Of a DNA stretch of 64,000 bases, positions 38,601 to 51,447 are shown one piece after another. Made by a program: the position numbers and the translations under genes. Under the pieces are notes generated by a model. The model saw nothing but the letters and a program-made list of their open reading frames with translations, had not been told where the DNA came from and did not search any database. The DNA comes from Octopus sinensis (taxonomy: Eukaryota): assembly GCF_006345805.1 (NCBI RefSeq), contig NC_042999.1, positions 5,022,001 through 5,086,000 of the forward strand, read 5' to 3'. Within the stretch, counting starts at the first letter, position 1, and each line of letters opens with the position of its first letter.

Positions 38601-41600
38601 GTGTGTCTGTGTTTGTACCCCTAGCATTGCTTGACAACCGATGCTGGTGTGCTTACGTCCCCGTCACTAAGCGGTTCGGCAAAAGAGACTGATAGAATAA
38701 GTACTGGGCTTACAAAAGAATAAGTCCCGGGGTCGAGTTGCTCGATTAAAGGCAGTGCTCCAGCATGGCCGCAGTCAAATGACTGAAACAAGTAAAAGAG
38801 TAAAGAGTAAGAGATTAGGTTACCTCTTGAGGAGTCAGCCTAACCCATTTCCCCTCAACCTACTGATATTCTAACAGAACAAACTATTAAGTGAATTGAC
38901 CTCACCAACCTATAAAACCATGTTTGTAACGAAATTAAAAAAAAACAAAACATATTTTCTTTTAGAAATCTTATATTTCCTGTCTTTCTAATAAATATTT
39001 TCAAGTTATTTTGTTTTTATATTTGGTTTGCAAGATTTTTTATGCAAATTTGTGTGTTGAAACAAATCTTGTTATGTCTTGGGAGGATCATTACACTAAT
39101 AAAAACACACACATTGGTTCAATATCACTTCTTTATTGTTAGTCAATTGGTTAAATATCAGCAACGTGCAACCAAGAGAATACCCTCGATCAGGCATTTG
39201 CCATATTCTGAATGCCTTACTTCTCTGAGCATGGATACTCCAACGTCTGGCAGCTGACTTGGCAGACAGCCATAAAATTATTAACCATCTTACTAACAAT
39301 AACTCTGAGCACCTTTTCAAACTCCACCTGTCTAACACCCGTGTTACAAAGTCACAAAACAGCACTGCTCCCATGACTTTTGGAAACATTTTTTCATGCT
39401 AAGAATTGCTGGAGCATGGAACAAACTGCCGGCATCAGTTGTTAGTTGTCAGAGCACTGCATCCTTCAAAACTTCCATGCTTCCTGAGATTCGCCAACAC
39501 TACACCTGATTTTCTCCCCTCCATACACACGCAAGCATGTATCTGACTCATACACTGTTCACTTTCCAGACATTTGTACATTACAGCATACACTTTATAC
39601 GCACTTTCTGACAAGTTGTGGTGCACCTGAGCACTGTATACAATAATTTCATTATTATTATACCAAATAAATTAAATACTTGTCCGTTTTATGAGCTGGT
39701 TAAACAAGCAATTGCTTGTTTGTTAGCCAAAGTTCTTTTATTGCTATTCAGGACCTCTTCAATGACTTGCCGTAACCAAATGATTTACAATAACAAAGTG
39801 ATATTGAACCTGTGCATGTGTTATTATTATTATTGGCATAACGATCCACCCAAAGCACAACAAAATTTCCAGTTAGGTTAGGCAAAACGCAACAAATATT
39901 CTTGGAATCACAATGCCAGAAGGAAGACTTGAACCCACGATCTCACTGGTCAATATCACAGGACATTTAATTTTCAAGCCTCTTATGTAGATGTTAAAAT
40001 CTATTTCTGTGGCCGTACCAGCCTCGCCTGGCCTCTGTGCTGATGGCACGTAAAAAACACCATCCAAGCGTGGCCGTTCGCCAGCCTCATCTGGCACCTG
40101 TGTCGGTGGCACATAAAAAACACCATCCGAGCGTGGAAGTCTGCCAGCCTCATCTGGCACCTGTGTCGGTGGCACATAAAAAACACCATCCGAGCGTGGA
40201 AGTCTGCCAGCCTCGTCTGGCACCTGTGTCGGTGGCACATAAAAAACACCATCCGAGCGTGGCCGTCTGCCAGCCTCGTCTGGCACCTGTGCCGGTGGCA
40301 CATAAAAAACACCATCCAAGCGTGGCCGTCTGCCAGCCTCGTCTGGCACCTGTGTCGGTGGCACATAAAAAACACCATCCGAGCGTGGTCGTTCGCCAGC
40401 CTCGTCTAGCACCTGTGTCGGTGGCACATAAAAAACACCATCCGAGTGTGGCCGTCTGCCAGCCTCGTCTGGCACGTAAAAAGCACCCAATACACTCACG
40501 GAGTGGTTGGCGTTAGGAAGGGCATCCAGCTGTAGAAACACTGCCAGATCAGACTGGGCCTGGTGCAGCCTTCGGGCTTCCCAGACCCCAGTTGAACCAT
40601 CCAACCCATGCTAGCATGGAAAACGGACGTTAAACGTTGATGATGATGATGATGTATTCACTCCAACTTCTCTCTCATCACCTTCTTTCAGTCTTACTTC
40701 CTCCTCCTCCTCCTCCCCCCCACTATTCACGATCAGTTTTAAACATTTTGGTAAATCCTTTCTCTTTGAAACCCTATTTTCCAGTTCTCCCTCCTACTCC
40801 TTGCCATCTATAAATAAATATATCTATAACCCATCCCCATCATTTTTAAAGAACTCATAACCTGTCACTGTTCCCACCAGCGCCAAGCCCAAGTCATACA
40901 TTCAACAACTTCCAGCACTTCATTTCAATTTTCTAGGCTAAAAGTAAAATCTGGAACATCTCTAAAAGCACTGACTTCCTCCATGTAAAAAAAAAAAAAA
41001 CAGACTTTATTTATAACTCTTCTCCATTAATTTACCTCATTCTTGGATATTATGCCAGCCTTCCCCCACGCCAACATATAACTACTGTATCACTAACTTA
41101 ATGCACGACTAGGTAAGTTAGCTACTTGACTGAGATGACACAACTAAGAATTATGTCTGTAGATTAACCCTTTCATTACCAACCTGGCTGAAACCGCCTC
41201 TAGTTCTGAGTACAAATGTCTTGTTTTCATAAGTTCTGAATTAAAATCTTCCACCAAATCTTAGTCACAATTTATGTTCCTAACACTAACTGAATGATAA
41301 CTGAGTTATTTTACTAAATTCTTTGTTATATTTAAAATTAATTGAAAGAAACACAGAGCATCTCAAAATAAATACAGGAAGAAAAGGGTTAAAGTCACCA
41401 TGATATTTTTAACCCTTTCGTTACCAACTTGGCTGAAGCCGCCTCTGGCTCTGTAGTACAGATGGCTTGTGTTCAAAAGGTTTGAATTAAAATCTTCCAC
41501 CAAACCTTAATCACAATTTATGTTCCTAACACTAGCTGAATGATAACTAAGTTATTTTACTAAATTCTTATATTTTGTTATATTTCAAATGAATTGAAAG

Positions 41601-43104
41601 AAACACAGAGCATCTCAAAATAAATACAGTAACAAAAGGATTAAAGATGGCACATCTTACTTTTTACCCCAAAACTTACTTCCTTGTGACTATCAATTTA
41701 ACTCTGCAATCATTACAGCCATTTATTATCAAGCGTCTGTTGTCATTTAGTAATTATGTTTTGGCAGACTGTTGTGGAATTAATCAATTTATTTCAAGTG
41801 GAACATCAGCTCTGACATCTCTGTAGTGTGTGCGGCATGAAGTCTTATCACGGCTATTAATCGATCGATAACAAGTCAGGCAATTTGATGCTTTCAAAGT
41901 TCAACAACTAAAAGTTTACAATGACCAAAGTCAACCGACATGAAATATAAACTCCGGAAATTCACTGTATGTTGCTTTTATCCGATGTTGCAACATAAAA
42001 CGATTCTATGATTAAATTGACTTCTATTTTAAAATTCAACAGGTTGCAGACAAAAGAAATGTCTAAGAGTCACATGCTTCTGTTTACGGCTATTTGCATA
42101 CAAAGATCAATATTTAGAATTTGGATTTAAAACGATATAACTGTGTGTGCTCTCGTTTCTTTTTATTTTGTTTTTTTTTAAATATCTTACAACTGGAATA
42201 AGAACCAGTTTTAAACCTGGAAGCAAGACTTTTTAATTAGAATATAGACACCTTCAAACAGGTGGGCTAGTGTGGATGCATACCAAATATACAAGCATGT
42301 GTGTATATAAATGTGTGTGTGTGTGTGTATATATAGCCACACCCATCGTGTATATATATATATATATATATACTAGCAGTATCGCCTGGCGTTGCTCGGG
42401 TTTGTAAGGGAAATAACTATATAAGCATTTTTAGAGAGTTATAGTCAAAAAATAGCAAAAAAATGCATTAAAAATGGGAAAAAAAATGATGGTAAATTTT
42501 TTTTAAATCGTTGACTCATCGTAGACATTTTTAGAGAGTTACTTCCCTTATATAATAGCGAAAAAATGCATTAAAATGGAAAAAAATTATGTTAAATTTT
42601 TTTTAAATCGTTGACTAATCGTAGACATTTTTAGAGAGTTACTTCCCTTATATAATAGCGGAAAAAATGCATTAAAATGGAAAAAAATGGTAAATTTTTT
42701 TTAAATCGTAGATTCATCGTAGACGCGCACTAATACCCAGAAGGGCTCAATATGAATCACGACTATAAGATACCCGGTTTTGGTTAAACTGCACCGCAAA
42801 ATGTGGGAGTAGTTAGGAATCTAAATCGTAGGAGACAGACAGCACACAACCTCACTTTTATATATAAAGATATATATATATATTGGCGTGGCTGTGTGGT
42901 AAGCAGCTTGCTTCACAACCGCATGGTTCTGGGTTCTGTTCCCACTGTATGACAACTTGGGCAAATGCCTTCTACTATAGTCTCAGGCTGACTAAAGCCT
43001 TGCGAGTGGATTTGGTAGGTTAAAACTGAAAGAAGCCTGTCATTTATATATATATATCATCATCATCATCATCATTTAACGTCCGCTTTCCATGCTAGCA
43101 TGGG

Positions 43105-43174
<70 letters not shown>

Positions 43175-46100
43175 ATTTCTAAGCATATGTGTGTCTTTGT
43201 GACTATGTTCGTCCCATCACTGCTAGACAACTGATGTTGGTGTGTTTACATCCCCGTAACTTAGCAGTTCAGCAAAAGAGACTGATAGATTAAGTATTAG
43301 GCTTAAAAATAAGTCCTGGAGTCGATTTTTCGACCAAAACTCCTCAGGACGGTGCTCCAGCATGTCTGCAGTCAAATGACTGAAACAAGTTAAAAAATAT
43401 GTATATATATATATATAAATATATGAAGATATGAATTCAGAGATTTGTGTGAATATCACAGAAAGCTCTTCTAACAGACTCAGTTAACAGAGCACAAAGT
43501 AAGCCAATACAGAGTTTTCCATGCAGTTGAAATTCAGAATGTCTAATTGATGGAATTATTTCATGAAGAGAATATAAACCATAAAAATTCAGGAGGTACA
43601 AGTAAATATATCAAAACAGCTTTAGAATTAGGGCCATTTTGAGGCCCTTCCTCATGTAATAATATCAGTGTGGAATAAATTTTGTTTACACATTTTCATT
43701 AATATTCAAAATATTTTAACAATTTTTTTATACAATTCTTAATAATGTTTAATTATAAAAATCTAATAAGATTTTTTTAAGTATCAAATGGCTATGAGGG
43801 TCCACCTGAGTAGAACAGGAATCAAAGAGGTCCATGGGTAAAACAAATAAATGGTTGGGAACACCTGCTTTAACCTCCCAACACCCTATCTAAAGCCACC
43901 ACCCTGTGTTCTGTTCTCATTCTCACTTACATCTGAGAATAGGGGTGCAAAACAAGGGAGAAAATAGCACTCAGATATAAACACACATATATATAGATAT
44001 AGATATAGAGGTGTATTTACTGGCAACCCTTTGGTTACAACAACAAGGGTTCCAGCAGATCCAATCATCGGAACAGCCTGCTCCTGAAATTGGTGTGCAA
44101 GTGGCTGAGTACTCCACAGACATGCATACCCTTAATGTAGTTCTCAGGGAGATTCAGTACAACACAGAGTGTGACAAGGTTGGCTCTTTTGAATCACAGG
44201 TACAATTCAATTTTGCCAGCTGAGTGGAATGGTGCAATGTGAAAAATAAAGTGTCTTGCTCAAGGAACACACTGCTGAGAATTGAACCCCCAGCATTACA
44301 ATTGTGAGCTAAATACCCTAACCACTAAGCCACACACACACACACACTCTTTTACTTGTTTCAGTCATTTGACTGTGGCCATGCTGGAGCACCACCTTTA
44401 GTCAAACAAACTGACCCCAGGATTTATTCTTTGTAAGCCTAATACTTATTCTAACAGTCTCTTTTGGCCAACCGCTAAGTTATGGGGATGTAAACACACC
44501 AACATCAGTTGTCAAGTGATGGTAGGAGGACAAACACACACACCCAAATACATACATACATATGATGGGCTTCTTACAGTTTCCATCTACCAAATCCACT
44601 CACAAGGCTTTGGCCAGGCCGAGGATATAGTAGAAGGCAGTTGCCCAAGGTGTCATGCAGTGGGACTGAACCCAGAACCATGTGGTTGGGAAGCAAATTT
44701 CTTACCACACAACCACTCCTGTGCCTATATATCTATGTATGTGTGTGTATATGTGTGTGTGTGCATGTGTATAAACACACATACACACACAACACAATGG
44801 GCTTCTTTCAGTTTCTGTCTGCCACATAATTCACAAGGTTTTGGTCAGGCCCAAGTCTATACTAGAAGGCACTTGCCCAAGGTGCCACACAGTGGAACTG
44901 AACCCAGAACCATGTGGTTCGGAAGCAAGCTTCTTATTTTTTTATTGGCCACAAGGGGCTAAACATAGAAGGGGACAAATAAGGACAGACAAAGGGATTA
45001 AGGCAATTACATCGACCCCAGTGCATAACTGGTATTTAATTTATCGACCCTGAAAGGATGAAAGGCAAAGTCGACCTTGGCAGAATTTGAACTCAGAACG
45101 TAAAGACAGACGAAATACCTATTTCTTTACTACCCACAAGGGGCTAAACACAGAGGGGACAAACAAGGACAAAGGGATTAAGTCAATTACATAGACCCCA
45201 GTGCATAACTGGTACCTAATTTATCGACCCCGAAAGGATGAAAGGCAAAGTCAACCTCGGCAAGCTTCTTACCACACAGCCACTCCTACAGTGCCAGTCT
45301 TGTGACTGGCTATGCATCATACGACACAATTACATATTCACAAACTGATGCAAACGAAGAACGCTACGTCATCAGATCAGCAGACCATCCTGGCCACACC
45401 AATGATTCAAACAGACAAATGAGTTATCTATGGTGACATAATACTGCCAGGTATGGGTATGCAGTGTGCACAACATCCAATTAAAGTTTCACCAAGGCAC
45501 GTAGCAGATAAACTACAACTCTCAGCTCATCAAGCTAACCAAATAAACGAGATAATGAAGTTGGTTCATCCTGATACACAGAATACACAGAATATCCAGA
45601 TCTCTTGTAATACAGTTACATCCACCCCATGTAGATTTCTCAGTTTCTTTAGCAAGATACTGAAAAGTCATGGACCTTTGAACCCTGAGGTGTTGCCAGA
45701 TGTGGTCCTGATTTTCAATGCAATACAGCACAAAACTTTCTGCCAATACCTATTTAGCATTGCTGAGACCTATTGAGTCAAGTACATCAACATCAAAATA
45801 AATATCAAATGGAAATTGTAGTTGTGATACCTGTGCCGGTGGCACGTAAAAAGCACCATTCAAACGTGGTCGATGCCAGCGCCACCTTGACTGGCTTCTG
45901 TGTCGGTGGCACATAAAAAGCACCAACCAATCGTGGCCACTGCCAGCCTCCCCTGGCATGTAAAAAGTACCCACTACACTCATGGAGTGGTCGGCGTTAG
46001 GAAGGGTATCCAGCAGTAGAAACACTGCCAGATCAGACTGGAGCCTGGTGCAGCCTCCTGGCTTCCCAGACCCCGGTCGAACCATCCAACCCGTGCTAGC

Positions 46101-47176
46101 ACGGAAAACGGACGTTAAACGATGATGATGATGATATATTTGACATCAGATCATTTTAGCATTTCTCTCATTCTCCTCCTCTCCAGCTCTCTCCCTTTCT
46201 CTGTTTATATGCATATACTCTTTACTCTTTTACTTGTTTCAGTCATTTGACTGCAGCCATGCTGGAGCACCACCTTTAGTCGAGAAAATCAACCCCAGGA
46301 CTTATTCTTATTCTATCGGTCTCTTTTGCCGAACCGTTAAGTTACAGGGACATAAACACACCAGCATCGGTTGTCAAGCGATGTTAGGGGGACAAACACA
46401 GACACACACACACATATATATATACATGTATACGATGGGCTTCTTTCAGTTTCCGTCTACCAAACCCACTCAAAAAGGTTTGGTCGGCCTGAGGCTATAG
46501 TAGAAGACACTTGCTCAAGGATCTTCCATGTACACAGATCACTGCATTTCCTTCTTGTCTTCTCTCCAAGAAGTACAGTTTTAATGTTTCCAGCCATACT
46601 TCCAGTTTAACCCTTCAGCATTTAAACCAGCCGTACCCAGCTCAAATATGCTACTTATTTTATGATCAAACCACTGTCCTTTATTGCCTGAAATTCTTTT
46701 GTATCATCAACATTCCTTTCAAGTGTTGGACTTCACAGAGGCAATGACCGAGACCTTTGGCATTATATTGTGCTTGTGAAGAAGACCCATCAAGCCAAGC
46801 AATATCGCAGTCGTGGAAGATACTGGTGTCACACAAATGGCACCCATGCCAGTGGCACGTAAAAGCATCCATTACATTCTCGGAGGGGTTGGCGTTAGGA
46901 AGAGCATCCAGCAGTAGAAAACCAGGCCAAATCAGACTGGAGTCTGGGGCAGCCTTCCAGCTTACAAGCCCTAGTCAAACCGTCTAACCCATGCCAGCAT
47001 GGAAAACAGACATTAAATGATGATGATGAATACAACTAGTGATCAACAGAACTAATGAGAGTGATTGTTTGTATAACTGAGGGCATGTCTAATAGAGCCA
47101 TCATAAATAGCAATGGCCCCAACACAGTTCCTATGGGACTCCACACAGACATATATTCATATACGTATATACACAA

Positions 47177-47210
<34 letters not shown>

Positions 47211-47745
47211 GTATATATTGTGCCGGTGGAACGTAAAACGCACCCACTACACTAACGGAGTGGTTGGCGTTAGGAAGAGCATCCAGCTGTAGAAACAGTG
47301 CCAGATCAAGACTGGAGCCTGGTGCAGCCTCCTGGCTTCCCAGACCCCAGTTGAACCGTCCAACCCATGCTAGCATTGAAAGCGGACGCTAAACGATGAT
47401 GATGATGATGATATTGGTATGAATATAGATATGTATTTATATATACACGTGTATTTGTGCGTGTGTATGTGTACAGACACGTATACATACATTCACATAA
47501 GAATGGCAGTTAACACTGGTGATGTTCCAGCATGGCCTCAGCCTTTGGGCTAAAACGAATAAAAGAATAATCTATATCATTTCTATTTTTCCTACTTGCA
47601 AACGGAATTTGTCGAGACAGATGTTCTATAGCCGGGTACCCTTCATGGCCGCGGTTTATTTTCACAGAAAACTGGAAACAAACAACATCGTTTGTGTGGT
47701 GGTGTGAAATGTTACAATCATCACATGATGTCTAGACAAGGGTAA

Positions 47746-47781
<36 letters not shown>

Positions 47782-50039
47782 GTACACGACGGACTTCTTT
47801 CGGGTTTCCGGGAGAATGGTAGAAGACAGCCGAAGGAGCCACGCAGCTGGACTGAACCTGAGACCGCGTAGTTAGTTGGGAAGCAAGCTTCTTACCTACA
47901 AAAACACACCTGTGCTTAGGAATAGCTCTCTCTCTCTCTCTCTCTACCTACCTATATATATATATATATTTATTATACGCACACACATACACAATGTATA
48001 GTAGACGCACATCTTGTGGAAAGGGTAGTAAAATTAAAATAAATACTGCTCGTGTCTGATATTATTTAGCAAATTTAATTAATAATTCATTAAAAAGACC
48101 ATCAGACATACTGTCAATGACCTACAATATAAACGTATTGCCGAAGTTATACTCGAGTTGCTTAGCAATTACCTTTTAGTTAAAAAAAAAAATAATTATA
48201 AATGTATAAACAATTCTACAATAACACATAATCTTCTACTCTTATTTCCCCCAGAGTCTAATTGCTTTCGCTAATTTAATCATTTTTTTCTGATCTAAGC
48301 AAGAAGACCACATTTGTTTTTCATTGGTTTGTTGTGGGACAATCGATCGAATCGATTCCCCACCCCCACACACCAGATACCTGATTGGTACTTTATTTTA
48401 TCGATCGGCCACCCCCGCCGCACCCCCCCCCCCGCCCCATAAGAACGTAGGTCAAAGCGGACCTCGGTGGGAACTTAACCACCAAGAGACGCAATTAAAA
48501 TACCGCAAGGTTGTTTGGTGTTATTGTTTAGTTCAGGTCAATACTATTTCGTAGAGAAACTAAGAAAGACGTTCCAACCGTGATCAACCGTATTTATAAA
48601 GCGGTATTTTAATTGCTTACATTATCAAATGGGGGTTTTTTTAAAGACGAAACGATGTAATCTCAGGGAGATTTCGCTACTCTTTCTAGTAGATCGAGTG
48701 GCCATACGAAGGCTTCCACGTTGGCTCGTGTTGTGGTGCTCTACTAATTTTTCCACAAAAAAAAAAACGACAAAATAAACAGGTCATGTATATAAATAAA
48801 ACCTGCGAGGAAGCTTCAACATGGTCGATCGATCTGCTAGAAATAGCAGCCAAATATCCCTAAAATTTACACTATGCCACCTTATGTAAGGGGAGAACAC
48901 ATCAGATAATGTAGTCCCTACATACACCTAAACAGACAAGATGGTCATGGTTGGAATATCTTTGTTTATATATCAGTTTCATTTTAGTTAGTCAAAAGAT
49001 AACCAACAAGCAATGTATATAAAGTGTATTTATAAATATTGGTGAAGGTTTATTTTTGTTTTTGTTTACCTTCAGAAAGAAACCCAAGTGTGATTTGGTT
49101 TTATTGTTGTTCTTACCGTTTCTTCTTTCCCTGTTTCTGCTTAATGGAATGTGGCTGTGGAATGCACATGTCTTAAATGGAGCGAAATTAACAGTCGTGG
49201 TTGAATAGTCAACGGAACATGGGAGTGGCCATAGATACATATGTTATAGAGAAGACGGTAGAACTCAGAACATAGAAAGGTAGAAATAACAGAAGAATAT
49301 TAGGTTTTAAAAAAAACCTTTAGATGAAAAAAAAGGGTCGAAGGCTACGAGTATAATAATCTTAGAACGATCTGCAGAAGATGTGGGTTCGTGTCCCATG
49401 GGAGCCTTCGACTCTTACATCTAAGTTATGTTTTAACCCAATATACTACACCAGTGGTTCCCAATAATTTTTTTTTTTTACCTATAAACCCCTTTAACCC
49501 TTTGATTACTATTCTATTCTGATGGACCCCCCCCCTAGCCATTCTAGTTTTATAGAAACTTCTTTAAAAATTCCTATTTTGTTTTTTTCCCACATTCCCT
49601 TGTGTTTGTTTGAAGTAAAATGTTTAGAGAAAGAAACCTGGCTGTTTCTCACAATAAATACATCCAAAGTAACATTATTTTAAACCCTGACCCTAAAACA
49701 ATATTGTGGATCCTCAATTTACTATTTTGCTCGTGTGGACCCCTAAAAATCTTATATGGACCCCGGTTGGGAACCACTGTTCTACACACTGTTAATTATA
49801 GCTTTATAAACTTCGAATTCCACGTTAGAAACGATTTCTTTCTTATATCTCGAAGTTTCGGAATTCTTACAATATAAACACACACACACACACACAAACA
49901 CAAACGATTATACAATAAATGAGTTAATTGCATTGCAATTAAAAACATTTATGCATTAAGAATCTGGGTACTGCACCAACAGTATATTGGATAAATAATA
50001 TCCCTCAGTGGGTTACATCCATAACCCCTAACTTACTTT

Positions 50040-50110
<71 letters not shown>

Positions 50111-50257
50111 TATAAATAAGGATAATATCGATATTATCAAGTGGCCAGCATGGGAATAAATAGCATACAAAGGTAATAATTTTTTACAACTATAAATAAG
50201 GGTATCTAAGAGACTATTTCGGCATGGTGGTGTCTCTCAGATACCCTTAATTATAGT

Positions 50258-50309
<52 letters not shown>

Positions 50310-50350
50310 TATACAAACATACATACATATATACAAACATACATACATAT

Positions 50351-50382
<32 letters not shown>

Positions 50383-50411
50383 CATATATACAAACATACA
50401 TACATATATAC

Positions 50412-50454
<43 letters not shown>

Positions 50455-50459
50455 TACAA

Positions 50460-50496
<37 letters not shown>

Positions 50497-50651
50497 TACA
50501 AACATACATATATACAAACATACATATATATATATATATATAATATATATATATTACATATATACATACATACATATATACAAACATACATATATATATA
50601 TATATATTATATATATATACATATATACATACATACATATATACAACATAC

Positions 50652-50690
<39 letters not shown>

Positions 50691-50703
50691 TACATACATA
50701 CAA

Positions 50704-50744
<41 letters not shown>

Positions 50745-50813
50745 TACATACATACATACAAACAAACATACATATATATATATATATATATACATATATA
50801 ACATACATACAAA

Positions 50814-50844
<31 letters not shown>

Positions 50845-50868
50845 CTATATACATACATACAAACATAC

Positions 50869-50899
<31 letters not shown>

Positions 50900-51031
50900 A
50901 TATATACATATATACATACATACAAACATACATATAGATACATATATATATATATATATACATATATACATACATACAAACATACATATATATATATATA
51001 TCTAATATAGATATATACTATATATACATGT

Positions 51032-51076
<45 letters not shown>

Positions 51077-51388
51077 TACATACAATACATATATACAACA
51101 TACATATATATAATATATAATATATATATTACATATTACATACATACATATATATATATATATATTATATATATACATACATATATACATATATATATAT
51201 ATAATATATAATACATATATACATACATAATATATATATACATACATACATATATACATACATACATATATATATACATATATATATATACATACATACA
51301 TATATACATAACATACATAATATATACATACATATATATATACATACATATATATATACATACATATATATATACATACATATATACA

Positions 51389-51447
<59 letters not shown>

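Noticed and set aside
39873-40604. 243-aa ORF with 21-aa repeats; superficially CRISPR-like periodicity
   Set aside because: A 63-bp tandem repeat of an RTE-UTR module with no unique spacers; eukaryotic context, no cas genes.
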